Shown here one piece after another: positions 9,229 through 17,873 of a DNA stretch of 41,563 nt; position 1 is the stretch's first letter, and every line of letters starts with the position of its first letter. The notes beneath the pieces were generated by a model. It was not told where the DNA came from. It saw only the letters and a program-made list of their open reading frames with translations, and did no database searches. Source of the stretch: Spirochaetota bacterium (GTDB taxonomy: Bacteria; Spirochaetota; Spirochaetia; Treponematales; UBA12059); assembly GCA_022703215.1 (NCBI GenBank), contig JAKLEE010000001.1, positions 1 to 41,563 on the forward strand, in the 5' to 3' direction. The position numbers were made by a program, and so were the translations under genes.

Positions 9229-10209
9229 ATGAGCAAGTTCCACGGCGCCCGGTGCGCATCGTTCGCGTTGGTATCAGTGATGACGCTGCTCGCACCCAGC
9301 CTCGCCCCGGCCCAGGAATCGCCGTCCGCATCGGCCGCGCTACCATCCGCGGAGGACCCCGGGACAAGCGCCCCGATCCTCACGCTCGCGACGGGACCCG
9401 TGCTGGTCGTCGGCTACATGGACGAGCTCGTCTACCGCGACTCGAAGACGACCGAGCTGCTCTCGAAGCTCCGCTGGCAGCTCATGCCCGCCGCGGGCCT
9501 CAGGCTCGACGCGGTCCTGAGCCCCCGCTGGAAGGCGCCGGTATCTTTCGCTCTCTCTGTCACGACACTGTTTCCTACGATCACGGGGACCATGGTGGAC
9601 GAGGACTGGGATACCGGCACCCTGGTCTACGGACGCTCGGAGCATCAGGCGCAGCTGGCTCGGGCGATCGACGCCGCGCTGCTCGCGTCGTGGAGCTGGC
9701 CAAGCCTTGGATTGAGGCTCGGCGCCGGCGCGGCCGTTTCGGATCTATCGTGGGAAGGATGGGACGGTTCCGCGGTCTACGAATACTCGACCTACACCAG
9801 CACTCCCGCATTCTTCGGGATCGTCATCGCCTACCGGGCGCTCAGGCTCGGCCCCGCCCTCGCGGCGGACTGGGAGCGCTCGCTTGGCGGGTTCGATTTC
9901 CGGATCGGTATCGAACTTCGCTACCACGCACTCCAGTGGGGCGTGGACTCCCACCTCGCACGAAATCCGGACGTAACTTTTTTCGACGTCATGGCGGGTG
10001 GCTTCGCGCTCAATCCATCCGTTTCCGCCTCGCGCGAGCTCGCGCCCGGACTCACGACGAGCGTCCACGCCGCCGCTTCCGTCGAGCGCTGGGCGCGCGG
10101 AGACGACTACGCGATCGAGGACGACGGGACGATCACGCTCTACGAGGGCATAGCGGGCCAGGAATTCACAGCCTTCTCCCTCTCATTCCTGGTAAAGGTC
10201 GAGCGATGA
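9229..10209 (+). CDS. Omptin-family outer-membrane aspartyl protease-like beta-barrel
   Basis: Signal peptide MSKFHGARCASFALVSVMTLLAPSLAPAQE. Landmarks match OmpT/Pla by eye: DELVY..LSKLRW (OmpT ERVY..VSQLDW), GTMVDEDWD (GNMVDQDWMD, Asp83/Asp85), GVDSH (NDEH, Asp210/His212), and the C-terminal strand FTAFSLSFLVKVER. An alternative start lies at 9208. Confidence 0.72.
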   Translation: MSKFHGARCASFALVSVMTLLAPSLAPAQESPSASAALPSAEDPGTSAPILTLATGPVLVVGYMDELVYRDSKTTELLSKLRWQLMPAAGLRLDAVLSPRWKAPVSFALSVTTLFPTITGTMVDEDWDTGTLVYGRSEHQAQLARAIDAALLASWSWPSLGLRLGAGAAVSDLSWEGWDGSAVYEYSTYTSTPAFFGIVIAYRALRLGPALAADWERSLGGFDFRIGIELRYHALQWGVDSHLARNPDVTFFDVMAGGFALNPSVSASRELAPGLTTSVHAAASVERWARGDDYAIEDDGTITLYEGIAGQEFTAFSLSFLVKVER

Positions 10210-11285
10210 GCCGGCTCCGCGGCCCGATACGGGTGCTCTCGATCGACGGAGGCGGCATACGCGGCTATGCGCCCGCCCTGGTGCTGGCCGACCTCGAGCG
10301 GCGGCGGCAGAAGCTGGGGAAATCCGGGAGCCTCGCCTCGCGCTTCGATCTGGTCGCGGGAACCTCGACGGGTGCGCTCATCGCCCTGGCCCTGCAGGCC
10401 CAGTCCGGCGAGCCGGGTTCCGGGAGGGCCATCGGAAGCGCGCGGGGCGCCGGCTCGGTTTTCGGGCGGCCGGCTTTCGGCGCGCCGCGGCGCTTCACCT
10501 GCTCCCAAATCGCCGAGCTGTACGAACGCCGCGGAGGGGAGCTCTTCCCCCGGCATCGGCACGAGAGCATCGGCCTCGTGCGGCAGGCCCTCTCCTCGAA
10601 GTACGACGCCGAGCCCCTCGAGCGCTTCCTCCGGGAAACCCTCGGCGAGACGAGGCTCTCGCAGGCCGCGGGTCCCGTCCTCGTGACCGCTTACGATCCG
10701 GAGCGCGACGAGTCGCTCGTCATGAAGAACCTCGGCGACGGCCCCGACTTCCTCGCCCGCGACGCCGCCCGCGCCTCGAGCGCGGCCCCCACCTACTTCC
10801 CCGCCGCCCGGATCCGGGAATTGCCGCCTCCGGGCGCTCCGGAGCTCGCCGCGGGTCAAGTCCGGATGCGAACGCTCGTCGACGGCGGACTTTTCGCCAA
10901 CAACCCGGCCATGTGCGCCTGGGTGGAGGCGCGCAAGCTCAGGCCGGACGCGCGCCGCTTCCTCGTCGTCTCGCTCGGCACGGGCGGCGCCGTCAGGGCG
11001 TGGAACATCGGCAAGCTCGCGCGCTGGGGCTACCTGGACTGGATCGACCCCGGCAAGGGCTCTCCGCTCCTGGCCATGATGGGCCGCGCCCAGTCGGAAT
11101 CGGTCGACTGGATGCTCGCGCACCTGCCGGGCATCGACTACGTGCGGCTCGATCCGAACCTTTCGGCGGAAACCTCGGCCATCGACGATGCCTCGCCCGC
11201 AAACCTGGCCAGGCTGCGGACCGCCGCCCTCGACCTCATCGCCGACAACGAAGCCCTGCTCGAGGATTTGGCCGAGAAGCTCTAG
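10206..11285 (+). CDS. Patatin-like phospholipase
   Basis: Oxyanion motif DGGGIRG, nucleophile elbow GTSTG and catalytic Asp in VDGGLFANNP are all present. The ATG at 10206 overlaps the omptin-like stop (ATGA). No signal peptide is evident. Confidence 0.9.
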   Translation: MSRLRGPIRVLSIDGGGIRGYAPALVLADLERRRQKLGKSGSLASRFDLVAGTSTGALIALALQAQSGEPGSGRAIGSARGAGSVFGRPAFGAPRRFTCSQIAELYERRGGELFPRHRHESIGLVRQALSSKYDAEPLERFLRETLGETRLSQAAGPVLVTAYDPERDESLVMKNLGDGPDFLARDAARASSAAPTYFPAARIRELPPPGAPELAAGQVRMRTLVDGGLFANNPAMCAWVEARKLRPDARRFLVVSLGTGGAVRAWNIGKLARWGYLDWIDPGKGSPLLAMMGRAQSESVDWMLAHLPGIDYVRLDPNLSAETSAIDDASPANLARLRTAALDLIADNEALLEDLAEKL

Positions 11286-11301
11286 CGCGCGTCGCGGCGA
11301 G

Positions 11302-11871
11302 TCACCCTACCCTCGGTCCCGGAGCCGCGTCCCCCCGGTCGCCGGTGGCGTTCGCCGGCCTTTTCCGGCTCGAGCCCGCGATCGTGTCCTGCAAAGTGCC
11401 CATCGGGCAGACGACGCACCAGGCGCGCGGCCTGAAGAGGAGGCCGAGCAAGAGCCCGCCGGCCAGGCTGGCGACGCAGAGCCCCCAGAAGATCCGTCCC
11501 GCCGCCGCGAACGCCGGGTGGCCCTCGAGACCGGACAGGGCGCGGACCAGGCTGCCAGCGACACAGAACATCATGAAACCACAGAGCCCGCGCCGGAGGG
11601 AAAGATCCGTGAAGACCCGCGGCAAGGTCTTGCCGCGGGTGAAGGGCTTGAGCGCGAAGCCCAGGGCGCGCCCCCGGGGACAGACCCCGTTGCAGAAGGC
11701 GCGTTGTCGCGCCATCCCCAGGCGGGCGAGCACGGACAGTGCGACGGCCGTCGCCATCAGGCCAGCGAGCGCGAGCCCCACCACCGGGTAAAACCAGCCG
11801 CCGACCGCGACGGCGAACACGAAGAGCAAGGCGAGGGTGTCGAGGACACGCCGAGTCCGGAGTGGCTGCAT
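11302..11871 (-). CDS. Membrane protein with 4Fe-4S-binding-like Cys motifs
   Basis: About 5 TM segments plus two C-x-x-x-C-P-x-G motifs (CNGVCPRG, CVVCPMGT), as seen in NapH/MauN-like membrane ferredoxin domains. Confidence 0.55.
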   Translation of the reverse strand: MQPLRTRRVLDTLALLFVFAVAVGGWFYPVVGLALAGLMATAVALSVLARLGMARQRAFCNGVCPRGRALGFALKPFTRGKTLPRVFTDLSLRRGLCGFMMFCVAGSLVRALSGLEGHPAFAAAGRIFWGLCVASLAGGLLLGLLFRPRAWCVVCPMGTLQDTIAGSSRKRPANATGDRGDAAPGPRVG

Positions 11872-11879
11872 GTCGTGAT

Positions 11880-11907
11880 AATATAGGTTTTTCTCTATCT
11901 ACGACAA
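11880..11907 (-). promoter_or_regulatory. Putative promoter, leaderless type, for 11302-11871
   Basis: On the minus strand: TTGTCG (11902-11907), a 16-nt spacer, then TATATT (11880-11885). Eight nt separate the -10 from the ATG at 11871. The element sits in an AT-rich island within GC-rich DNA. Confidence 0.35.
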
Positions 11908-11929
11908 GGCCGCCGGTCTCCCGGCGGCC
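11908..11929 (-). terminator. Stem-loop downstream of pckG (possible terminator)
   Basis: GGCCGCCGG-tctc-CCGGCGGCC forms a 9-bp perfect stem about 30 nt after the pckG stop. There is no clean U-tract. Confidence 0.35.
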
Positions 11930-11959
11930 GTGGCGTCACAATCGGCCTAAGGCGCCTTA

Positions 11960-13816
11960 TCAGTCCTCGGTCGGCTCCAGCTTCCCCCTGGAAAATTCCC
12001 AGTGCTCGGGGGCGCTCCACAGCGCGGAGAGCGTCAGCTCCTTGGTGAAGACGAGCTCCTTCGGCAGGCGGTCGTAGAGTTTCATGAAGAGCTCTTCGTG
12101 CGAAAGGAGCTCCGCCATCCACTGGTCGCGGTCGACGGCCATCAGCTCCTTGAAGCGGGACTCGGGGAAGTCCTCGAGCCCCTTCCAGCTCAAGTCCTGG
12201 TAGCGCGGCATCCAGCCGATGGGGCTCTCGATGGCCTTGGCGTGGTTGTTCGCGCGCTCGACGATCCATTTGAGCACGCGGATGTTCTCGCCGAAGCCGG
12301 GCCACAGGAAGTTGCCGTCCTTGTCCTTGCGGAACCAGTTGACGCCGAAGATGCGCGGCGTGTTCTCGATGTTCCGCCCGAAGCGCAGCCAGTAGTTGAA
12401 GTAGGCGCCCATGTGGTAGCCGCAGAAGGGCAGCATGGCGAAGGGATCGCGCCGCACCAGACCCACCGCGCTCTGGGCGGCCGCGGTCGTCTCCGAGCCC
12501 ATGGTGGCGGCGAGGTACACGCCGTAGGTCCAGTTGAAGGACTGGTAGACGAGCGGCATCATGGTCGAGCGGCGGCCGCCGAAGACGAAGGCCTTGATCG
12601 GCACGCCGGCCGGATCCTGCCAGCGCGGATCGATGGCGGGGTTCTGGCCCGCGGGCGCCGTGAAGCGAGCGTTCGGGTGGGCCGCGGGCGTCTTGGCCTC
12701 GGGAGTCCAAGGGCGGCCCTGCCAGTCGATGAGGCCCGCCGGGGCCTCTTTCGTCATGCCTTCCCACCAGACGTCGCCGTCGGGCGTCATCGCGCAGTTC
12801 GTGAAGATGGTGTTGGCGCGGATGGACGACATGGCGTTCGGATTGGATTTCTCCGAGGTGCCCGGCGCGACGCCGAAGTAGCCCGCCTCGGGGTTGATGG
12901 CCCTGAGCGTACCGTCGTCGGCGGGCTTGATCCACGCGATGTCGTCGCCGACCGTGGTCACCTTCCAGCCCTCGAACGATCCGGGCGGGATCAGCATGGC
13001 GAAGTTGGTCTTGCCGCAGGCGCTCGGGAAGGCCGCGGTCACATAGGTCTTCTCGCCCTCGGGCGACTCGACACCGAGTATCAGCATGTGCTCGGCGAGC
13101 CAGCCGTGGTCGCGCGCCATGACGCTGGCGATGCGGAGCGCGAAGCACTTCTTTCCGAGCAGTGCGTTACCGCCGTAACCCGATCCGTAGGACCAGATGG
13201 AACGTTCCTCGGGGAAATGGACTATGTACTTGTTGTCCTTGTCGCATGGCCAGGGAACGTCTTTCTGCCCTTGATCCAGCGGCGCGCCGACGGAGTGCAT
13301 GCAGGGCACGAATTCTGCGTCCGAATTCATGGCCTCGACGACCTGCCTGCCCATTCGCGTCATGATGCGCATGTTCGCGACGACGTAGCCGGAGTCCGTT
13401 ATCTCGACGCCGAATTTGGAGAGGGGAGATCCGAGCGGTCCCATGCAGAACGGGATGACGTACAGGGTTCGGCCGCGCATGCAGCCGTCGAAGAGCCTGT
13501 GGAGGATAGCCTTCATCGCTTTCGGGTCCATCCAGTTGTTGGTGGGCCCCGCGTCGACCTTGGTCTTCGAGCAGATGAAGGTGCGGTCCTCGACGCGCGC
13601 CACGTCGGCGGGGTCGGAGCGCGACAGGAAACTGTTCGGCCGTTTCTCTGGATTCAACCGGATGAAGGTGCCCGACTCGACAAGCCCCTCGCAGATGGCG
13701 CGGTACTCGCCATCGGAACCGTCGCACCAGTGGACGCGATCGGGCTTGGTCAGCGCCACCATCTCGGCCACCCATTTCTTCATCTTCTCGTGCTTCACCC
13801 ACACGGGCGTTTCCAT
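11960..13816 (-). CDS. pckG: Phosphoenolpyruvate carboxykinase (GTP)
   Basis: A GTP-PEPCK signature is visible along the whole length (FPSACGKTN kinase-1a motif, WMxxxxG.., [25 protein letters not shown]). The ATG at 13816 is preceded by AAGGAGAG. The longer ORF reaching 13906 lacks an RBS. Confidence 0.94.
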   Translation of the reverse strand: METPVWVKHEKMKKWVAEMVALTKPDRVHWCDGSDGEYRAICEGLVESGTFIRLNPEKRPNSFLSRSDPADVARVEDRTFICSKTKVDAGPTNNWMDPKAMKAILHRLFDGCMRGRTLYVIPFCMGPLGSPLSKFGVEITDSGYVVANMRIMTRMGRQVVEAMNSDAEFVPCMHSVGAPLDQGQKDVPWPCDKDNKYIVHFPEERSIWSYGSGYGGNALLGKKCFALRIASVMARDHGWLAEHMLILGVESPEGEKTYVTAAFPSACGKTNFAMLIPPGSFEGWKVTTVGDDIAWIKPADDGTLRAINPEAGYFGVAPGTSEKSNPNAMSSIRANTIFTNCAMTPDGDVWWEGMTKEAPAGLIDWQGRPWTPEAKTPAAHPNARFTAPAGQNPAIDPRWQDPAGVPIKAFVFGGRRSTMMPLVYQSFNWTYGVYLAATMGSETTAAAQSAVGLVRRDPFAMLPFCGYHMGAYFNYWLRFGRNIENTPRIFGVNWFRKDKDGNFLWPGFGENIRVLKWIVERANNHAKAIESPIGWMPRYQDLSWKGLEDFPESRFKELMAVDRDQWMAELLSHEELFMKLYDRLPKELVFTKELTLSALWSAPEHWEFSRGKLEPTED

Positions 13817-14001
13817 GCGCGTCTCTCCTTTTTCGCCGCATGATGATCGGGACCATATAGTGATACGGCCATTTTCCGGTTCCGTGTTGCGAAAACGGAA
13901 TGCCATCGATGGCGAGACCGGCCTTGCGGAGCGCTCGGACGCGACGACATATCGGCGGCCCGGGCGGCGCGAAGCCCGGCCGGAAACCGTCGCCGCCAGT
14001 C

Positions 14002-14029
14002 TTGAAATGGAGCCCGTCTCGACTAGACT
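14002..14029 (+). promoter_or_regulatory. Putative sigma70-like promoter for 14065-14427
   Basis: TTGAAA (14002-14007), a 16-nt spacer, then TAGACT (14024-14029). The leader carries GAAGGAG before the ATG at 14065. Confidence 0.35.
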
Positions 14030-14064
14030 AATGGTTTGCGGACATTCCCGCAGAAGGAGTTCAA

Positions 14065-14427
14065 ATGAAGCGTATTCTCCTCGCCTTGATCGTCGCCGCG
14101 ATCGTACTTCCCGCCGCCTCGGCGCTCGACCTCGGAGACTTCCCCCTCGGCTCTTGGTTCGACCCGAACTGGAACGCCATCTGGGAATTCTCTTCCGGCA
14201 ATATCCGCATCCTGCTCGCGGACGGAACGGTCAAGGCCGATTTCGACGCGCTCACGGTCCAGAACTGGAAGTTCGGCGCCGGCGCCGACGGCCCCTACGT
14301 CGAATTCGACTGCGAAGCCACCGGCAAGCACTACAAGATCTCGAAGCCCCTCCTCAAAGCCCAGGTCGTGCTCGAGATCATGCGCCCGGACGAACCGGAT
14401 TACCGCGTGGAGATGCCGAAGCGCTGA
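14065..14427 (+). CDS. Small secreted hypothetical protein
   Basis: A strong RBS (GAAGGAG) lies 6 nt upstream. The signal peptide reads [20 protein letters not shown]. An intrinsic terminator follows the gene. Confidence 0.6.
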   Translation: MKRILLALIVAAIVLPAASALDLGDFPLGSWFDPNWNAIWEFSSGNIRILLADGTVKADFDALTVQNWKFGAGADGPYVEFDCEATGKHYKISKPLLKAQVVLEIMRPDEPDYRVEMPKR

Positions 14428-14449
14428 TAGCGCCGACAGCTGACGGAAA

Positions 14450-14478
14450 GGCCGCCCCGAACGGGACGGCCTTTTTTT
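14450..14478. terminator. Rho-independent terminator between convergent genes
   Basis: GGCCGCCCC-gaac-GGGACGGCC forms a 9-bp stem with 1 mismatch, followed by TTTTTTT on the plus strand. The complement also gives a hairpin for the minus-strand gene. Confidence 0.65.
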
Positions 14479-14538
14479 GCCTGGATCCGACGCCCGGCGC
14501 GCGGCCTCGCGGAGGTCCGGGCCTGTCGAGAGGGAATC

Positions 14539-14949
14539 TCAGCGGGTTTCGGAGCGCCAGAGGGCCCAGAGGCCGCTCGCGATGACCAGGTCGGTCGACA
14601 AGGTGAGCGCCCAGGTCCAGAAATTCGGCGAGAAGCGGATTCCGTCGTTCCGGAAGCTGATGGCCTGGTAGACCTCGGTGTACCCCACGCGCGCCAGCCA
14701 GAGGATCAGGATGACCATGAGCACGGTGGCGCTGGTGCGGTCGGGGATGCGGAGGAAGACGTCCGCGAGCAGGAAGAGGCCGCAGAGGATCTCCACCACG
14801 CCGAACACCACCTCGACGGTCGTATGGCCGCGGGAAAAGCCGAAGAAACTTTCTCCGGCGGACGGCAGGACCCCGGTCAAACCGAGTACCACGAAAAAGA
14901 TGCCCAATGCGAAACGCTGGAATCCGACGGCAGAAACGCCTTTGGCCAT
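14539..14949 (-). CDS. Small integral membrane protein (about 4 TM), hypothetical
   Basis: The ATG at 14949 is preceded by GGGAGG. The hydrophobic segments are FALGIFFVVLGLTGVL, VVFGVVEILCGLFLLADVFL, VLMVILILWLARV and WALTLSTDLVIASGLWAL. Confidence 0.5.
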   Translation of the reverse strand: MAKGVSAVGFQRFALGIFFVVLGLTGVLPSAGESFFGFSRGHTTVEVVFGVVEILCGLFLLADVFLRIPDRTSATVLMVILILWLARVGYTEVYQAISFRNDGIRFSPNFWTWALTLSTDLVIASGLWALWRSETR

Positions 14950-15072
14950 GTATCGCCTCCCTGGAAAGGAATTTAACTTCAGTATACGCCGGAAACGGCC
15001 CGGCGTCCCGCGCGGGTCAGGCGCCCGCCGTGCGCGGCCGCTGGACCGAGCCCGCTTCCCCCTAGGAGTGAA

Positions 15073-15094
15073 GGGCGGCCCCGGAAGGCCGCCC
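15073..15094 (-). terminator. Stem-loop downstream of the AOR gene
   Basis: GGGCGGCC-ccggaa-GGCCGCCC forms an 8-bp perfect stem about 30 nt after the AOR stop. The U-tract is weak. Confidence 0.3.
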
Positions 15095-15120
15095 CGATTC
15101 AAGACTCCGCTTCCGGGCCG

Positions 15121-17283
15121 CTACGCGCGGCCGGCGATTCGCGCGTTCACCACCTCGAGCACCTCGGGAAGGTCCATGCCGATATCCTTGAGGTGCTCGG
15201 GCCTCGGGCAGCCGTCCATGGTCCAGCCGCGGCGCTTGAACACCGCGTCGAGCAGCGACTCGTACTGTTTGGTCCGGTACTCGCGGGTGATGCGCATGCG
15301 TTCGGCGACGCTCTTGCCCGCGGGGTCGACGCCGATCTTCTCCTTCATCTGCTTGTCGTAGCGCTCCTCGCGCGCGAGGTACTCGTCCTCGAGCACGGGA
15401 CCCATGGCGCGGTAGGGCGGCCAGTCGTCCTCGCGGCGGCCCTTGCCCATGCGCACGTTGAAGGCGCGCTGGAAGTTGTACACGCGCTCGCTCTGCCGGA
15501 TCAGGCCGGGCGGGTCGAGCTTCTCGCCGGTGATGGCGGTGTACATGTCGCAGTAGTTCTGCACATGCTCGGGCACCTTGTTCGGTTCCGGGTGCTTGGC
15601 GTTGTCCGCAGGTTCCACGTCGTTCCAGGGCAGCTTGCACAGGCCCTGGAGGCCGAACCAGGTGCGGAACATGGGGAAGTAATGGAGCGCCTCGGCCTTG
15701 TTCTCGAAGGTCGGGATCCGGTTGTTCACCATGTCCATGAAGATGAGCCAGGCTTCGTCGTGCTGGGGGCCCTTGTTGGTCATGTAGTAGCCGCCCTGCT
15801 GCGCGAGCGACTCCTTCGAGATGTACTCCGACTGCTCGAGACCCTTGCCGTGGAGCGCTATGTCCTTCATGAGCTGCGGGTCGGCGCCGTACTCCTTCGA
15901 GAAGTATCCGGCCAGGAATTTGACGCCCTTGCCGGCCAGAGTGCCGAAGCGCTCGCCACGCGACATGGAGTGGAGCACCTCGCAGGCGCCCTTCCAGTTC
16001 CCCCAGGAAAGGTCTATGCCGTCGGTGCGCTCGCGGTTCAGCACGCCGAGTTCCTGGCACTCCATGAGGAAGCTGGTGATGGTGCCGAAGCTGATGGTGT
16101 CGACGCCGTAGGTGTCGCAGTAGAAGTTGATCTCGAGGACGCCCTCCGGGTCGAAGACGCCGAGGTTGGACCCGCAGCCCGCGGCAGTCTCGTACTCGGG
16201 CCCGTCGACGCAGACCTTGTGGCCCTTGTACGGGCCGGTCTTGAGCTCGAAGCCGTCGACCGCGTGGGCGCACGCCATCGTGCAGCCGAACCAGCAGCCG
16301 TCCGGCAGGCCCTGGGTGAAGTACTTCTCCCAGACCCAGCTCGCGAGCTCGTTGCCCTTCTCGTGGCGGCCGTACTTGTGGTTGTTGGTCGGCAGGAGGT
16401 CGTAGTCGTTCATGACCTCCATGAGGTGCGCGGTGCCCTGCCTGCGCATCTTGCACTGCTTGTCGTCGTTCTTGATGATCTCGCGGTGCAGCTTGAGGCC
16501 GGTGCGCTGCACGAGGGCCGGGTCGGCGGCCTTGTTCGAGTCCTGCACGACGCCCTTGTAGCGCACGACGAGCGCCTTGATCCGCTTGTCGCGGAGCACG
16601 GTGCCGATGCCGCCGCGGCCCGCCTGCTTGACGCGCACGCCGCCGCGCCGCTTGTCCCAGAGGCTGAAGTTGAGGAGCCCGATGAAGGAGTGCTCGGCGG
16701 CCGAGCCCGCGCTGACCACCGACACGTTCTGGCGCTCGGCCTCGTTCGCGGCGAAGGCTACAGTCAGCTGTTCGGCAAGTACGTGCGTGTCGACGCCGAG
16801 GGCGGCCGGCGCCTCGAACAGCTGGACCGTGCCCTCGTTCGAGTCGAAGAAGAGCACCACGTCCTTCGCGGCCTTACCCTGCAGCTCGAGGGCGTCCCAG
16901 CCGCCGAACTTGAAGTAGGGGCCGAAGTAGCCGCCGACGTTCGAGTCGATCGGGATGCCGGTAAGCGGCGAGATCGACACCACGAGGCTCTTGCCCGAGC
17001 CGGGGTAGTTGGTGTTGCCGCAGATCGGCCCCATGCCGATGACGATCTCGTTCTCCGGATCGTTCCATTTCGTGGTCGGCTTGACGGCGTCCCAAAGAAG
17101 CTTGAGGCCGAAGCCCTTGCCGCCGGTGAAGCGCTTCTTCATGTCCTCGGAGACCGGCTTTTCGGTCGCCTTCCCCGAGCCGACGTCGACGTGCATGGTG
17201 CGCATCGCGTAACCGCGCTCGATTTTCCGCGGCTCGAAGCGGGACTCGGACAGCAGCTTGAAATCTTCCCTCTTCACGCTCAT
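15121..17283 (-). CDS. Aldehyde:ferredoxin oxidoreductase family enzyme (tungsto/molybdopterin), long about 720-aa form
   Basis: The AOR N-terminal domain is recognisable (GGKGFGLKLLWD, PICGTNYPGSGK-like, GGYFG), as are the pterin and 4Fe-4S ligand regions (EYETAAGCGSNLG, CDTYGVDTISFG). The ATG at 17283 overlaps the ferredoxin stop (ATGA). Confidence 0.9.
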   Translation of the reverse strand: MSVKREDFKLLSESRFEPRKIERGYAMRTMHVDVGSGKATEKPVSEDMKKRFTGGKGFGLKLLWDAVKPTTKWNDPENEIVIGMGPICGNTNYPGSGKSLVVSISPLTGIPIDSNVGGYFGPYFKFGGWDALELQGKAAKDVVLFFDSNEGTVQLFEAPAALGVDTHVLAEQLTVAFAANEAERQNVSVVSAGSAAEHSFIGLLNFSLWDKRRGGVRVKQAGRGGIGTVLRDKRIKALVVRYKGVVQDSNKAADPALVQRTGLKLHREIIKNDDKQCKMRRQGTAHLMEVMNDYDLLPTNNHKYGRHEKGNELASWVWEKYFTQGLPDGCWFGCTMACAHAVDGFELKTGPYKGHKVCVDGPEYETAAGCGSNLGVFDPEGVLEINFYCDTYGVDTISFGTITSFLMECQELGVLNRERTDGIDLSWGNWKGACEVLHSMSRGERFGTLAGKGVKFLAGYFSKEYGADPQLMKDIALHGKGLEQSEYISKESLAQQGGYYMTNKGPQHDEAWLIFMDMVNNRIPTFENKAEALHYFPMFRTWFGLQGLCKLPWNDVEPADNAKHPEPNKVPEHVQNYCDMYTAITGEKLDPPGLIRQSERVYNFQRAFNVRMGKGRREDDWPPYRAMGPVLEDEYLAREERYDKQMKEKIGVDPAGKSVAERMRITREYRTKQYESLLDAVFKRRGWTMDGCPRPEHLKDIGMDLPEVLEVVNARIAGRA

Positions 17284-17690
17284 GACGCCGCCCCTTCTTC
17301 CTTCCTGACGATCTCGAGCGCCTGCTTCGGGCATTCCTTGGCGCAGGCTCCGCAGGCGACGCACTTGAACGTAGTCGAGTCGCCGGGGTAATAGCGCATG
17401 GCGCCGATCGGGCAGACCGCCACGCAGGCCAGGCAACCGACGCACAGCTTTTTGTCGATCATGACGACGCCGGCGGCGCTCACGCGGATTGCCTGGACGG
17501 GGCACTCGGCCACGCACTTGCGGCATTCCTGGTCGCAGGCGATCAGGTGGAACTCATTGTTACCGCGGTCGAGCACCTGGATGGCGGAGCGGGCCGGGTT
17601 GTCTTCCTTGAAGTACAGGCGGCTGCATACGGACGTACAGGTCATGCAACCGACGCATTTGGAATCGTCGGTCTTGAGGTACTTGATCAC
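17280..17690 (-). CDS. 4Fe-4S polyferredoxin-like protein
   Basis: Three or four Cys clusters are present (CVGCMTCTSVC, CRKCVAECP, CVGCLACVAVCP, CVACGACAKECP). The GTG at 17690 lies 10 nt after AGGAGG. The extension to 17828 has no coding support. Confidence 0.82.
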   Translation of the reverse strand: MIKYLKTDDSKCVGCMTCTSVCSRLYFKEDNPARSAIQVLDRGNNEFHLIACDQECRKCVAECPVQAIRVSAAGVVMIDKKLCVGCLACVAVCPIGAMRYYPGDSTTFKCVACGACAKECPKQALEIVRKEEGAAS

Positions 17691-17807
17691 GATGGGGCAT
17701 CCTCCTCGCTCGGTCGCGAACCGGGAACGCGGTCGTCCGGCGGGGCGCGGACCTGTCCGCCTCGCGCCGGAAGCGCGTTCCTGTCGATCAGCTATCGGGG
17801 TGGAGCC

Positions 17808-17836
17808 AGTATAGGGGAGGTTCCGCAAAGCGGCAA
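17808..17836 (-). promoter_or_regulatory. Putative sigma70-like promoter of the ferredoxin-AOR operon
   Basis: On the minus strand: TTGCCG (17831-17836), a 17-nt spacer, then TATACT (17808-17813). This predicts a leader of roughly 110 nt. Confidence 0.4.
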
Positions 17837-17873
17837 CGCGGAATCGGCGCTGACTGCGGTCCGACGCCGCGCT

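Noticed and set aside
9252-10205. An upstream extension of the patatin ORF. The same situation applies to 31399-32379 ahead of the pseudo-receiver gene, 3359-3961 ahead of the ThrE_2 gene and 27839-28387 ahead of the TrpR-like gene.
   Set aside because: These extensions overlap well-supported genes in another frame and are Arg/Pro/Gly-rich. The internal starts give canonical N-termini and 4-nt coupling overlaps or promoter signals.
12002-13843. A 613-aa ORF on the plus strand. Similar long ORFs lie at 15193-17391, 34001-36115, 5431-6744 and 35031-36140.
   Set aside because: These ORFs are antisense to genes with unmistakable family signatures (pckG, AOR, sbcC, kinase). Their translations are low-complexity and rich in Arg/Gly/Ala/Pro, as expected from stop-codon-poor GC-rich DNA, so they are treated as non-coding shadows.
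17691-17810. Identification of the ferredoxin-AOR leader as a Moco/Tuco riboswitch.
   Set aside because: The gene context fits, but I cannot match the leader to the riboswitch consensus from memory. It is reported only as an unexplained structured leader pending a covariance-model scan.
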